DNA of 64,000 nt, taken from contig CAYOFP010000001.1 of NCBI GenBank assembly GCA_964403505.1, positions 6,548 to 70,547 of the forward strand. Direction: 5' to 3'. The DNA is from an uncultured Lachnospiraceae bacterium (lineage in GTDB: Bacteria; Bacillota; Clostridia; Oscillospirales; CAG-272). Shown here in pieces: positions 20,728 through 31,320 of the stretch (its first letter is position 1; every line of letters starts with the position of its first letter). The position numbers and the translations under genes are program-made. The notes under the pieces were generated by a model. The model saw nothing but the letters and a program-made list of their open reading frames with translations. It ran no database searches and was not told where the DNA came from.

Positions 20728-21839
20728 TTCAGTACCTGCTTTAGGTAAACCCGGAAGGGTTTCTTGTCCTTTTTATCCCGTAGGGCATCACGCACGTCCG
20801 GACGCAAAAAATCAGCAACGCCTGAAAGTGCCTTCCCTATTTTGCCGTGAGCAAAAAGCGACAGAATGCAGACGGCATCATTTACGACAAAGTGCATTTT
20901 CGCACCCCGTCTGTATGAAATATCGGGAGTGTCAAACGCTTCACCGAGCGCCGAGCGCACATAGCACAGCGCAAAATTACTGCCTGCATACTCCGTCATA
21001 GGGAAGCTGCCCCATATGCGGGGATTGATCTCAAGAAGCCGTCCGCCCTTGAATTCAACCATGGCGATCCCTTTAAAACCGAGTGCCCCGAGCAGTTTCA
21101 GCGCATATCCGACAAGCGCTTCATCATATATGCTCTCAAGGCAAGTGGACGGCCCTCCGCCGATGGGGTATTCACGCACACGTCTGTGACAGATAACTGA
21201 CGCACACGCACCATACTGATCCGTTACGATCGAAACGCCGACGCCTTCACCGTCTACCAGGCTCTCTACGATCGGTTCGCTGTCATACTTTGACATACGG
21301 GCATATGCCGACTCAAACTGCTCTTTATTATAGCACTTGATATAACGCTGTGCAGCCTTCAGCCCTGCTTTTTCGCCGCATCTCGGCTTAATGATACACG
21401 GGAAACCGGGCATTTTACCGCCTGATACGTCATATTCCTCGGGCGTCGGGATTCCTATCTCCTTTGCGAGCCTGGTAACATATGTTTTGTCATTCGCACG
21501 CTCGAGTATATCGCCCGGGCTGACATTAAAACTGCAAACGGACGAATACTCATCTCTATGATTTGCAACACTCTCAAATGTTTTTGCTCCGATCGGAAAA
21601 AGCACGGGATTATCGTATTCTTTTAATAATTCTATCAGCCGGTCTTTATATCCGTCATCGCCCGATGAACCCTCAAGCATGACACATTTTCCTGCATACT
21701 CGGAAAAAAATGCAGGCGGTTCACCCTTTGTGTCCTGCCGTGTCGCCACGCAGACAACGTCATATCCCGCACGCCCGAGCGAACGGACGGCGGCGATCGA
21801 AGAACGATATTTGCAATCTGTCACAACGACGGTCTTCAT
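20724..21839 (-). CDS. ATP-grasp domain-containing protein (predicted carboxylate-amine ligase)
   Basis: 371 aa. PCIIKPR, VESLV and MVEFK...LLEINPR motifs typical of the ATP-grasp fold. Confidence 0.8.
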   Translation of the reverse strand: MKTVVVTDCKYRSSIAAVRSLGRAGYDVVCVATRQDTKGEPPAFFSEYAGKCVMLEGSSGDDGYKDRLIELLKEYDNPVLFPIGAKTFESVANHRDEYSSVCSFNVSPGDILERANDKTYVTRLAKEIGIPTPEEYDVSGGKMPGFPCIIKPRCGEKAGLKAAQRYIKCYNKEQFESAYARMSKYDSEPIVESLVDGEGVGVSIVTDQYGACASVICHRRVREYPIGGGPSTCLESIYDEALVGYALKLLGALGFKGIAMVEFKGGRLLEINPRIWGSFPMTEYAGSNFALCYVRSALGEAFDTPDISYRRGAKMHFVVNDAVCILSLFAHGKIGKALSGVADFLRPDVRDALRDKKDKKPFRVYLKQVLK

Positions 21840-22630
21840 ATATCTTTATCCTCTATACCGTAAAAGCGGCAGGCATTCTCATATGTTATTCTCGCCGCCT
21901 CCTCAGGTGCGATCCCGTGAATCCCGGCGAGCTTTTCTATGGTATAAGTCAGATATCCCGAGTGATTTATCTTGCCCCGATGAGGATGGGGCGTGAGATA
22001 CGGGCAGTCGGTCTCAACGAGCGTCCGCTCGATCGGCACGCTTTTTACTACATCCGCCATACGGGCGGCATTTTTGAATGTTATCACACCCGAAAAGGAG
22101 ATATACCAGCCCATATTTACAAGCTGTCTCGCCATTTCGGCGCTTCCCGAATAGGAATGCATGACGCCCCGCACATCGCCGTGCGCCCGAAGGATATCAA
22201 AGCATTCGCCATGCGCCTCACGGTCGTGTATGCATACAGGCATATCCGTTTCCCGTGCGAGGTCGAGCTGGGATTCAAACCATCTCGCCTGTGTATCCCG
22301 CGGGATATCATCCCAATGGAAATCGAGACCGATCTCACCGATCGCCTTCACTTTTTCATGTTTTAAGAGCCTGCGCAGCGCCGCCATCTCCTCATCGAGC
22401 GTGCCGCTCTTTCCGCATTCGCTTGGGTGTATGCCGACTGCGGCATAAATATCCTCGTATTTTTCGGCGAGTCGGACGGAGTTTTCCGATGTCGGAATAT
22501 CCGCACCGATATTCACTATTTTTTTAACTCCGCTTAAAAAAACCGAAGAGAGGACAGCACTCTGCCCTCCCTCAAATTCATTTTCAAACCGAGCGTCATC
22601 ATAATGTGCGTGGGAATCGAAAATTATCAT
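21836..22630 (-). CDS. tatD: TatD family hydrolase
   Basis: MIIFDSHAHYDD, IGEIGLDFHW, VCIHDREAH and ETDCPYL motifs. Confidence 0.92.
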   Translation of the reverse strand: MIIFDSHAHYDDARFENEFEGGQSAVLSSVFLSGVKKIVNIGADIPTSENSVRLAEKYEDIYAAVGIHPSECGKSGTLDEEMAALRRLLKHEKVKAIGEIGLDFHWDDIPRDTQARWFESQLDLARETDMPVCIHDREAHGECFDILRAHGDVRGVMHSYSGSAEMARQLVNMGWYISFSGVITFKNAARMADVVKSVPIERTLVETDCPYLTPHPHRGKINHSGYLTYTIEKLAGIHGIAPEEAARITYENACRFYGIEDKDI

Positions 22631-22633
22631 TTT

Positions 22634-24595
22634 TTAGTGAACTCTTTCTCCGTTCGGTGTTTCGGAATCGAGGAAAATGACCCTCACCTGCTCTTCGCCC
22701 GAGGCGAGAAGCATTCCGTTGCTCTCCACGCCGCAAAGCTTTGCAGGAGCGAGATTCGCCACGATAACGACCTTCTTTCCGATCAGCTCTTCCGGCTGAT
22801 AGAACGCGGCGATACCTGAGACGATCTGTCGCTTCTCGTAGCCGAGATCGACCTCTATCTTTAACAGCTTCTTCGCCTTTTTGACAGGCTCACAAGCTAC
22901 GATCTGCGCCGTGCGAAGCTCGCACTCCATAAACTTATCAATGGATATCTGCGCAAGACCCTCGGGCTTTTCAGGCTTCTGTGCGGCTTTCTTTGCCGCC
23001 TCGGCAATTGCGTCAAGCTCCTCAAGCTCCTCAAGCTCCTTTAGCACATCGATTCTCGGGAAGATATTCTCTCCCTTATGAAGCTCAGCGGTGTCGGGCA
23101 GTGCCGATGTCAGCACGCTGTCCCAGCTCTTAAGAGATTCATTTACGCCGAGCTGTGCAAATATCTTTTCACAGGTATCGGGCATAAAGGGTATAAGCAA
23201 TACCGTGCAGACACGCAGGCACTCTGCGAGGTTGTATAAAACTCTTGCCAGGCGAGCCTTCCTGCTCTCGTCCTTTGCGAGCGCCCAGGGCGCTGTCTCA
23301 TCAATATATTTATTTGCACGGGATATGAGCGCAAATACCTCTGCGAGGGCATTCTGGAACGCATATTTTTCCATTTGCGCCTCGTATTTTTCTGAAAGAG
23401 CCGCTTTCAATGCAAGGAGCTCTGCATCCTCTGCGCCCTCCTCCTGCTCTGTCGGCAGTTTGCCGTCAAAGTATTTCTCGACCATTGCGGTCGTACGGGA
23501 GAGCAGGTTGCCGAGGTCGTTTGCAAGGTCGGTATTGATACGGTTGATCAGCAATTCATTACTGAAATTACCGTCTGTTCCAAACGGAAAATCACGAAGC
23601 AGGAAATAGCGCAGTGCGTCTGCCGAATACCGCTCTGCAAGCAGGTACGGGTCGACGACATTTCCCTTGGATTTCGACATTTTACCGCCGTCGAGCAGAA
23701 GCCAGCCGTGACCGAATACCTTTTTCGGCAGGGGCATCTCCATACTCATGAGCATCGCAGGCCATATGATGGAATGGAAGCGCACGATCTCCTTACCCAC
23801 AAAATGCACGTCGGCAGGCCAGAATTTTTCATAATCGCTGTCGGGATATTTATCGTTTAAAAGCCCGAGCGCAGTCGTATAGTTAAAGAGCGCATCGATC
23901 CATACATAAACAACGTGATCCGGATCAAAATCAACGGGAATTCCCCATTTGAAGCTGGTACGTGATACGCAGAGATCCTCAAGACCCGTATCGATAAAGT
24001 TATTGACCATCTCGTTCACACGGGAACGGGGCTCGAGAAAATCGGTATTTACGAGCAGGTCACGCACCCTCCCTGCATAATCGGAAAGGCGGAAGAAATA
24101 TGCCTCCTCCTCTGCGTCTGTGACAGATCTGCCGCAGTCGGGACAGCATCCGTCGGGCGTGAGCTGACTTTCCGTCCAGAAGCTCTCGCACGGTGTGCAA
24201 TACTTACCCTTATACTTGCCCTTATATATATCGCCCTTGTCATACATTTTCTTAAATATCTTCTGTATGGCGCCGACGTGATAATCGTCTGTCGTGCGGA
24301 TAAAGCGATCGTAGCTGATATTCATCAGTCGCCAAAGGTCCTTGACCCCGCGCTCTCCCTCGACGATATGATCGACAAAAGCCTGCGGCGTAACGCCTGT
24401 CTCGCTTGCTTTTATCTCTATTTTCTGTCCGTGCTCGTCTGTTCCCGTTAAGAACATGACGTCATAACCGCGCAGACGCTTATAACGCGCCATTGCGTCG
24501 GTCGCAACGGTACAGTATGTGTGACCGATGTGAAGCTTGTCACTCGGATAATATATGGGAGTGGTTATATAGAAGCTTTTATTTTCCATAGACAT
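22634..24595 (-). CDS. metG: Methionine--tRNA ligase (with a C-terminal tRNA-binding domain)
   Basis: HIGH motif (HIGHTY), KMSKS, a zinc knuckle (CTPCESF...CPDCG), and a C-terminal Trbp111-like domain. Confidence 0.97.
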   Translation of the reverse strand: MSMENKSFYITTPIYYPSDKLHIGHTYCTVATDAMARYKRLRGYDVMFLTGTDEHGQKIEIKASETGVTPQAFVDHIVEGERGVKDLWRLMNISYDRFIRTTDDYHVGAIQKIFKKMYDKGDIYKGKYKGKYCTPCESFWTESQLTPDGCCPDCGRSVTDAEEEAYFFRLSDYAGRVRDLLVNTDFLEPRSRVNEMVNNFIDTGLEDLCVSRTSFKWGIPVDFDPDHVVYVWIDALFNYTTALGLLNDKYPDSDYEKFWPADVHFVGKEIVRFHSIIWPAMLMSMEMPLPKKVFGHGWLLLDGGKMSKSKGNVVDPYLLAERYSADALRYFLLRDFPFGTDGNFSNELLINRINTDLANDLGNLLSRTTAMVEKYFDGKLPTEQEEGAEDAELLALKAALSEKYEAQMEKYAFQNALAEVFALISRANKYIDETAPWALAKDESRKARLARVLYNLAECLRVCTVLLIPFMPDTCEKIFAQLGVNESLKSWDSVLTSALPDTAELHKGENIFPRIDVLKELEELEELDAIAEAAKKAAQKPEKPEGLAQISIDKFMECELRTAQIVACEPVKKAKKLLKIEVDLGYEKRQIVSGIAAFYQPEELIGKKVVIVANLAPAKLCGVESNGMLLASGEEQVRVIFLDSETPNGERVH

Positions 24596-24629
24596 TCACC
24601 AACCCTTTCTATATATTTCGCTGATATTA

Positions 24630-25799
24630 TTATGCTTTGAGCTGATAACCGTTTGCAAACACGTCCATTAACAGCATGCTGTCGGGATCGAGCTCGTTTA
24701 CAACGCAGAAGTCCGCACGTTTGCCCACCTCAATAGAGCCGCACTCATTATCGATACCGACCATCTGCGCAGGATAGAGGGATGCATGAGGAATCGCCTC
24801 CTCAATGCTGATGCCTGCAAAGCGTGCATACTTTCTCATACCGTCAAAGAGGTTGAGCGTGCTTCCGGCGATTGCGCCGTCAGACGTGTATGCCTTACCG
24901 TCCTTTACCGTTACGGGCATTCCGGCGATGGAGTAATCATCTCCGTCGGGGCATCCCGTTGCCGCCATAGAGTCGGAAACAAGCACTAACTTGCCCTCGG
25001 GTTTTTCTCTGTGTAAAAGTACGACCATATCGGGGCATACATGGAATCCGTCGCATATGACCTCGCTCCATGCAGTGTCGATCAGCAGGGATGCGAGCAT
25101 AGTTCCCGGTGTTCTGTGATGGATAGCGGACATTGCGTTAAATGTATGCGTAAAGCTCGTCACGCCCCAATTAACTGCCTCGACTGCCTCACGCATGGAA
25201 GCCTCCGTATGACCGAGACCGACCGTTGCGCCCATAGAGACTGCCTTACGTGTGAACGCCTCGCCGTTTTCCATCTCAACTGCCGCCGTCAGGTGTACGG
25301 GAAGCGGCGCCATTTTGTTTAACAGACTCTCGAGCTCTTTCTCATCAAGCGGTGCGAGAAGCTCCATATTATGTGCGCCTCTCTTACCGGGGTTAAGATA
25401 CCTACCCTCGAAGTGGATACCCGCGATCGATGCGCCGAATTCCTCCATAGGGTTATCGTGTGTCTCTTTACAATTCTCGATATACGTCTCTATCTGCGGC
25501 ATGGGAGCAGAGGCGATGGTCGCCATAACTGTGGTAGTACCTGCCTTCGCATATGCCTTCTGCATTTCATGGAACTGCTCGACGTTTGCCGAGTCAAAAT
25601 CATAACCCGCTCTGCCGTGGGTATGTACATCGACCATACCGGGGATCAGATAATTCTCATCAAGGTCGATCGCATCGGGATCGTTTATCTCATCGCATAT
25701 TTTCGTGATGATGCCGTCCTCGGCTACGAGCGCTCCCTTAAAAAACTTTTTTTCCCTCGAGTCATAGATCCTCGCATTTGTTATTTTGAGTGTCCTCAT
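24630..25799 (-). CDS. nagA: N-acetylglucosamine-6-phosphate deacetylase
   Basis: 389 aa amidohydrolase with GMVDVHTHG, GIHFEG, LGHT and GSIEVGKRADF motifs. Confidence 0.8.
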   Translation of the reverse strand: MRTLKITNARIYDSREKKFFKGALVAEDGIITKICDEINDPDAIDLDENYLIPGMVDVHTHGRAGYDFDSANVEQFHEMQKAYAKAGTTTVMATIASAPMPQIETYIENCKETHDNPMEEFGASIAGIHFEGRYLNPGKRGAHNMELLAPLDEKELESLLNKMAPLPVHLTAAVEMENGEAFTRKAVSMGATVGLGHTEASMREAVEAVNWGVTSFTHTFNAMSAIHHRTPGTMLASLLIDTAWSEVICDGFHVCPDMVVLLHREKPEGKLVLVSDSMAATGCPDGDDYSIAGMPVTVKDGKAYTSDGAIAGSTLNLFDGMRKYARFAGISIEEAIPHASLYPAQMVGIDNECGSIEVGKRADFCVVNELDPDSMLLMDVFANGYQLKA

Positions 25800-26539
25800 T
25801 TCAGTTTATCCTCTCTTATTCTGTCTATAAGATCCGCAATCGCCCCTTGGGTATTGCGGCATAGTTTCCATTGACTGATCTTCTTGATCTCGTCGGTTGC
25901 ATTTTCAGGGCAAGCGGAAATATCTGCCTTTGCGAGCATATCTGCGTCGTTCTGGTAGTCCCCCACGGCATAGACCGTGAGCTCTACCCCGTGCGAGCGG
26001 TACAGTTCCTTAAGCCTGAGTAAAGCATTCCCCTTTGACGTGCCCGCACTCATAAATTCGATCAGCGTCGGGCAGGAGTAAGCATATTCGATCGTATCGC
26101 CGAACTTATCGTGAACGATCTGATACATCCCGGGGATATTCTCCTCTCGGGTATAAAACACTACCTTATAAAACTCGCCTGTGTTCTTGCGATGCAAATC
26201 GCAGCCCGTATGCTCGGGATACGCCGCACGCAGGTTTTCTTCAATCCAGCGGGCGATCTGTGTATCGAGAAAGCGCTCCTCAATCACCGTTCCGTCCGTC
26301 TCGGTAATCAATGCACCGTTGGCAAGGCAGAGCGGGGCGTTGACGAACTCATGAAAATTCGGAATCCCCCAACTGATATCAAGTCTGCCCGAAGCAAACG
26401 AGAACCGTCCGCCCGCCGCAATAAACTCCTTGACCGCATCAATATTCCGTTGCAGTGCATCGGCATCATCCGAAAAAAATGTGCCGTCCATATCCGACAA
26501 GATCAGTTTTCCGCTCGCCCAGTTATCCGTTGATCCCAT
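25796..26539 (-). CDS. Cof-type HAD-IIB family hydrolase
   Basis: LILSDMDGTFF (DxD nucleophile motif), SGR, and GDYQNDADM. The start is set at MGSTDNW. Confidence 0.8.
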   Translation of the reverse strand: MGSTDNWASGKLILSDMDGTFFSDDADALQRNIDAVKEFIAAGGRFSFASGRLDISWGIPNFHEFVNAPLCLANGALITETDGTVIEERFLDTQIARWIEENLRAAYPEHTGCDLHRKNTGEFYKVVFYTREENIPGMYQIVHDKFGDTIEYAYSCPTLIEFMSAGTSKGNALLRLKELYRSHGVELTVYAVGDYQNDADMLAKADISACPENATDEIKKISQWKLCRNTQGAIADLIDRIREDKLK

Positions 26540-27449
26540 GCAGTTTCTCCAATATCTGTGAAAAATATGCAGGCAGTGCACTCTCAAAATTCATATGCTC
26601 GCCGTTCGGGTGAATAAAGCCGAGCATCTTCGCATGCAGACACTGCCCTGCGAGTATCGCATCATGCTTTCTCTCAAAAGCATTCTTACCGCACCCGTAC
26701 ACCTTGTCCCCTAAAACGGGATGACCGATATGCGCCATATGCACCCTGATCTGATGTGTTCTGCCCGTCTCGAGATTCACACGCAGGTGGGTAAAGCCGT
26801 CATAGCGTCGGATGACCCTATAATGAGTGACGGCGTCTCTGCCGCCTGCCACGACCGCCATTTTTTTCCTGTCCTTCGGGTTTCGGTCGATCGGGGCGTC
26901 TACCGTGCCCTCGTCGTCCTTTATATTGCCGATAACGACAGTCTCATACGCCCTCTCGAACGAGTGCGCCTTTATCTGATCGGCGAGGCATAGATGCGCC
27001 TCGTCATTTTTTGCGACCATCAGAAGTCCGCTCGTGTCCTTATCGATCCTGTGCACGATGCCGGGTCTGATGACCCCGTTAATGCCTGATAGGCTGTCGC
27101 CGCAATGCCACAAAAGTGCATTAACGAGCGTACCGTCGGGATTTCCCGGAGCAGGATGGACGACCATGCCTTTCGGCTTATTGATTATTATGATATCGCT
27201 GTCTTCATATACGATATCGAGCGGGATATCCTGCGCTGTCGCCTCCATGGGAACAGGTGCACTCGGCTCAAATGCGACCGTGTCTCCTTTTGCCATGCGG
27301 TAGCTCTTTGCGCTCTTTTTGCCGTTTACCGTGACAGCGCCTGTCTCGATCTGCTTTTGCGAATTCGAGCGTGATATCTCCCACATCCCGGATACGAACA
27401 TGTCGAGACGCAGGCCGTTATACGCTTCGTCTGCGATGATCTCACTCAT
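26523..27449 (-). CDS. rluD: RluA family 23S rRNA pseudouridine synthase (RluD-like)
   Basis: S4 domain followed by the HRIDKDTSGLL catalytic motif. Confidence 0.9.
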   Translation of the reverse strand: MSEIIADEAYNGLRLDMFVSGMWEISRSNSQKQIETGAVTVNGKKSAKSYRMAKGDTVAFEPSAPVPMEATAQDIPLDIVYEDSDIIIINKPKGMVVHPAPGNPDGTLVNALLWHCGDSLSGINGVIRPGIVHRIDKDTSGLLMVAKNDEAHLCLADQIKAHSFERAYETVVIGNIKDDEGTVDAPIDRNPKDRKKMAVVAGGRDAVTHYRVIRRYDGFTHLRVNLETGRTHQIRVHMAHIGHPVLGDKVYGCGKNAFERKHDAILAGQCLHAKMLGFIHPNGEHMNFESALPAYFSQILEKLHGING

Positions 27450-27939
27450 CGTATTTCTCCGACGGTTCCTCATTCTCCCGCTTTGTCTTTACTGCGTCTA
27501 TCAAAAGATAGATCGCAAGCATACCGACGCCGACGCACACGCAGGCGTCCGCTATATTGAATATCCACTTCCAGAAGGAAAACATCCTGAAATCGATAAA
27601 GTCAATGACATAGCCGAGCGATATGCGGTCGATCATATTTCCGATACCGCCGCCGAGGATCAGTCCGCAGGAGACCTTCAGCCATATATTCGCCTGCTTT
27701 CTGTACACAAAGAGAAATGCAAGAATCGCAATAAGCAGTATCGCGGATGCGACGATGAAAAGATATCTTTTCTCCGCCAAAAGCCCGAACGCCATACCCT
27801 CATTTTGTATATAAGTAAAATTCAGTACTCCGTCAATGGCGACTTTACTCTCGCCGAGTTCCAGGAAAGAGACGGCGAGATACTTTGTCGCACGGTCGAG
27901 CAGTACGCACAAAAGCGCCGCAACAAGAGCAAAAATCAT
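27442..27939 (-). CDS. lspA: Signal peptidase II (lipoprotein signal peptidase)
   Basis: GGGIGNMIDR and FNIAD motifs, four TM segments. The start overlaps the ileS stop. Confidence 0.9.
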   Translation of the reverse strand: MIFALVAALLCVLLDRATKYLAVSFLELGESKVAIDGVLNFTYIQNEGMAFGLLAEKRYLFIVASAILLIAILAFLFVYRKQANIWLKVSCGLILGGGIGNMIDRISLGYVIDFIDFRMFSFWKWIFNIADACVCVGVGMLAIYLLIDAVKTKRENEEPSEKYDE

Positions 27940-27940
27940 A

Positions 27941-30733
27941 TTATTCTCCGAGTATTTCACTGCAACGGAAGCAGATAAATCCGTCCTCCGTCTTCTTACC
28001 CTTTACAGAATGCATCCAGCAACGGTCGCACTTCTCACCGTCCGCCTCGGTCACGGCAACGCCGATACCGCTCTCGGTCTCGGTGAATGCTCCCTCGGGC
28101 GCTTTTTCACACAGAACATCGGTCTGTGAAACGATGAAGAGGGTCGAGAGCTCGTCGCCGAAGCTCGAAAGCATATCGCAAAGAGCGCTGTCCTCAGAAT
28201 ATACCGTTACCTTTGCCTCGAGACTCTTGCCGATCTTCTTATCAGCTCTCGCTATCTCGAGCGCCTTCATGATATCGTCACGGATATCAAAGAGCTTGTT
28301 ATAATGCTCCTCGACCTCGGTGAAAGCGTAAGCCTCTGTGTATTTCGGCATATCGTTTAAGAATACGCTGAGCTTATCGTCTGCCGATGTGTGCGGCATG
28401 CTCTCCCATATCTCGTCGGAAGTAAATACAAGGATCGGAGCGATGAGACGTGTGAGCGCATCAAGGATGAGATACATGGCCGTCTGTGCGCTTCTTCTCG
28501 CCTTGGAGCCGCTCTTTTCGGTATATACTCTGTCCTTTGTTATATCGATATATAATTTTGACATATCGAGGATGCAGAAATTGCTGATATTATGATATAC
28601 GATGTGGAACTGGTACTTATCGTATGCTTCGACACAGCTTGCGATCAGGCCGTTCAGACGGGAAAGCGCCCATTTGTCTATATCGTAAAGCTCGTCAAGG
28701 GCGATCATATTCTTATCAGGATCAAAATCGTCGCCGAGGTTCGCCATGAGGATTCGTGCCGAGTTTCTTATTTTTCTGTATACCTCGGAAAGCTGTTTGA
28801 ATATCTCATCGGACACACGGACATCGACCGTAAAATCGCTCGATGCGACCCAGAGTCTGCAAAGATCCGCGCCGTAACGCTTCACCGCATCCTCTGCCTG
28901 TACGCCGTTTCCGAGAGATTTATGCATCGCTCTGCCCTGGCCGTCAACGACCCAGCCATGCGTGAGCACACCCCTGTACGGTGCGCCTTCTCCCTTTGCG
29001 CCGACAGCAGTCAGAAGCGAAGACTGGAACCATCCTCTGTACTGGTCTGCACCCTCAAGGTAGAGGTCTGCCGGCCATTTCATATCGGGGTCGTTCTCGA
29101 GCACTGCAAAGTGGCTCGAGCCCGAGTCAAACCACCCGTCGAGCGTATCGGTCTCTTTCTCAAATCCCGTGCCGCCGCAGTGCGGACATTGATATCCGGA
29201 AGGAAGAATCTCAGAAACTTCCTTTTCATACCATGCGTTAGAGCCTTCTTTTCCGAAAAGGTCGGAGACTGCGTCGATCGTCGTATCGTCGCACACGGGC
29301 TTACCGCAGTCCTTACAGTAGAATACCGGGATGGGAAGACCCCAGTGACGCTGTCTCGATATACACCAGTCAGCACGTTCATTGATCATTTTTATCATAC
29401 GGTCCTTGCCCCACGACGGCGTCCACGTGACATCGTCGCACGCCTTTATGGCGTCGGCACGGAAAGCATCTACCGAGCAGAACCACTGAGGCGTTGCACG
29501 GAAGATGATAGGAGACTTACATCTCCAGCAATGGGGATAGTCATGCGTGATATCCTCGCTTGCGAAAAGTGCACCTGTTTCTTTCAGGTCTGCGAGTATC
29601 GCATCGTTTGACTCGGCATAATAAAGACCTGCAAACTTGCCTGCATCGGCTGTCTGATAGCCTCTGTCATTCACGGGGACGACGATATCGATGCCGTATC
29701 TCATGCTCGTGACATAGTCGTCAGCGCCGAAGCCGCCCGCCGTATGAACACATCCCGTACCGGATTCCATCGTGACGTACTCTGCGCAGCACAATAGACT
29801 CTTACGGTCAAGGAAAGGATGCTCGGCCGTCATATATTCAAAATCAATGCCTTTATAAGTTGCCTTTATCTCGTAGTTAGAGATACCGCCTGCCTGCATA
29901 GTCTTTTCGCAAAGCGCCGAGGCAACGATATAATTTTCACCGTTATCGCAAGAAACGAGGACATATTCCTCGCCAGGGTTTACGGCGATCGCCTGGTTGC
30001 CAGGCAGGGTCCATGTGGTCGTCGTCCAGATAACAAAATATGTCTTGTCAAGGTCGACTCCGAGCTTGCCCTTATCATCGCATACGCGGAACTTTACATA
30101 GATCGATGTGCAGGGGTCCTGCTGATACTCGATCTCCGCCTCGGCAAGCGCCGTCTCGTCCTTCGGACACCAATAGACAGGCTTTAAACCCTTATAGATA
30201 TATCCTTTCTTGAACATCTGCCCGAATACCTTGACTTCTCTTGCCTCAAAAGAGGGATTCATCGTAAGGTAGGGGTTGTCCCAATCGCCCGTGATACCGA
30301 GGCGCTTGAAGGACTGCATCTGAATATCCACGAAATCCTGGGCGAACTTATGGCACGCCGTGCGGAACTCGGGAATAGACATCTTCTTGCGGTCGAGCTT
30401 ATTTTTCTTTATGATGGCACTCTCAATAGGCATACCGTGATTATCCCAGCCGGGTATGTATCTGACCTTGTAGCCTGCCATTGCCTTATACTTATTGATA
30501 AAATCCTTCAGGATTTTATTCATTGCAGTACCCATATGGATATTTCCGTTTGAGAAAGGAGGACCGTCATGCAGAACATAGAGGGGTCTGCCCTCCGCAT
30601 GCTCTATCATCTTGTGATAGAGATCCTTTTCCTCCATCTTTTTTAACATATCCGGCTCTCTCTGTGCGAGGTTCGCACGCATGGGAAAGTCGGTTTTCGG
30701 CAGATTCAGTGTGCTTGTGTAATCCTTTGCCAT
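27941..30733 (-). CDS. ileS: Isoleucine--tRNA ligase
   Basis: 930 aa. HMGTA (HIGH-like), KMHKSLGN (KMSKS), and a C-terminal zinc finger CDRCW...CFRC. Confidence 0.97.
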   Translation of the reverse strand: MAKDYTSTLNLPKTDFPMRANLAQREPDMLKKMEEKDLYHKMIEHAEGRPLYVLHDGPPFSNGNIHMGTAMNKILKDFINKYKAMAGYKVRYIPGWDNHGMPIESAIIKKNKLDRKKMSIPEFRTACHKFAQDFVDIQMQSFKRLGITGDWDNPYLTMNPSFEAREVKVFGQMFKKGYIYKGLKPVYWCPKDETALAEAEIEYQQDPCTSIYVKFRVCDDKGKLGVDLDKTYFVIWTTTTWTLPGNQAIAVNPGEEYVLVSCDNGENYIVASALCEKTMQAGGISNYEIKATYKGIDFEYMTAEHPFLDRKSLLCCAEYVTMESGTGCVHTAGGFGADDYVTSMRYGIDIVVPVNDRGYQTADAGKFAGLYYAESNDAILADLKETGALFASEDITHDYPHCWRCKSPIIFRATPQWFCSVDAFRADAIKACDDVTWTPSWGKDRMIKMINERADWCISRQRHWGLPIPVFYCKDCGKPVCDDTTIDAVSDLFGKEGSNAWYEKEVSEILPSGYQCPHCGGTGFEKETDTLDGWFDSGSSHFAVLENDPDMKWPADLYLEGADQYRGWFQSSLLTAVGAKGEGAPYRGVLTHGWVVDGQGRAMHKSLGNGVQAEDAVKRYGADLCRLWVASSDFTVDVRVSDEIFKQLSEVYRKIRNSARILMANLGDDFDPDKNMIALDELYDIDKWALSRLNGLIASCVEAYDKYQFHIVYHNISNFCILDMSKLYIDITKDRVYTEKSGSKARRSAQTAMYLILDALTRLIAPILVFTSDEIWESMPHTSADDKLSVFLNDMPKYTEAYAFTEVEEHYNKLFDIRDDIMKALEIARADKKIGKSLEAKVTVYSEDSALCDMLSSFGDELSTLFIVSQTDVLCEKAPEGAFTETESGIGVAVTEADGEKCDRCWMHSVKGKKTEDGFICFRCSEILGE

Positions 30734-30754
30734 CGTTATATTTACTCCTTGTGA

Positions 30755-31297
30755 TTAGTCTTCTTTCGGTGCCTTCATATCGGCGATACCGGTCTTCACC
30801 GTCTCGAGTATCGCCCGTATCTCATCATCAGCGTTTTGTATGCCCGCACTGATATCGGGGAGCTCGTCTAACTCTCTCGATTGCGAGGATATCACCTCGA
30901 TCATTTTTTTTGCATACTCGCCGTTCATTTTTTTGAGCGTGTTGAGTATCTTGCACTGACGGACGATGTCCGCTTTTATCTCATCGAGCTTTTCATCGCA
31001 TGCGTCCTTGACGCTTTTAATAATTATCTCGGATTTTTCATTTGCGTCGCTGATTATCTTCTCGGAAACCTTCTGAGCGTTCAAAAGTGCAGAACGTATC
31101 GCCTCAGAATCCTTCGTGTACTTTTCAAGCTGTTCTTCAAGCAGGGCTACTCTATGAATATACTCGTCATTTTCCTTATACAGATCGGTATATGCCTCGA
31201 GCAGGAATGCGATATGTTCATCGACCTCGCTTGGATTATAACCGCGTACTGTGCGCGTAAATGTCTTATTTTTCAGTTCGTGCGGTGCTACCATCAT
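30755..31297 (-). CDS. divIVA: DivIVA domain-containing cell-division protein
   Basis: N-terminus ELKNKTFTRTVRGYNPSEVDEHI followed by coiled coil. Confidence 0.9.
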   Translation of the reverse strand: MMVAPHELKNKTFTRTVRGYNPSEVDEHIAFLLEAYTDLYKENDEYIHRVALLEEQLEKYTKDSEAIRSALLNAQKVSEKIISDANEKSEIIIKSVKDACDEKLDEIKADIVRQCKILNTLKKMNGEYAKKMIEVISSQSRELDELPDISAGIQNADDEIRAILETVKTGIADMKAPKED

Positions 31298-31320
31298 TTT
31301 CTCCCATATTCTATTTTTCT

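Noticed and set aside
30734-30754. T-box leaders expected upstream of ileS (and of metG at 24596-24629)
   Set aside because: The intergenic gaps are only 21 and 34 nt, far too short for a T-box. Both synthetase genes appear to be co-transcribed with the upstream genes.
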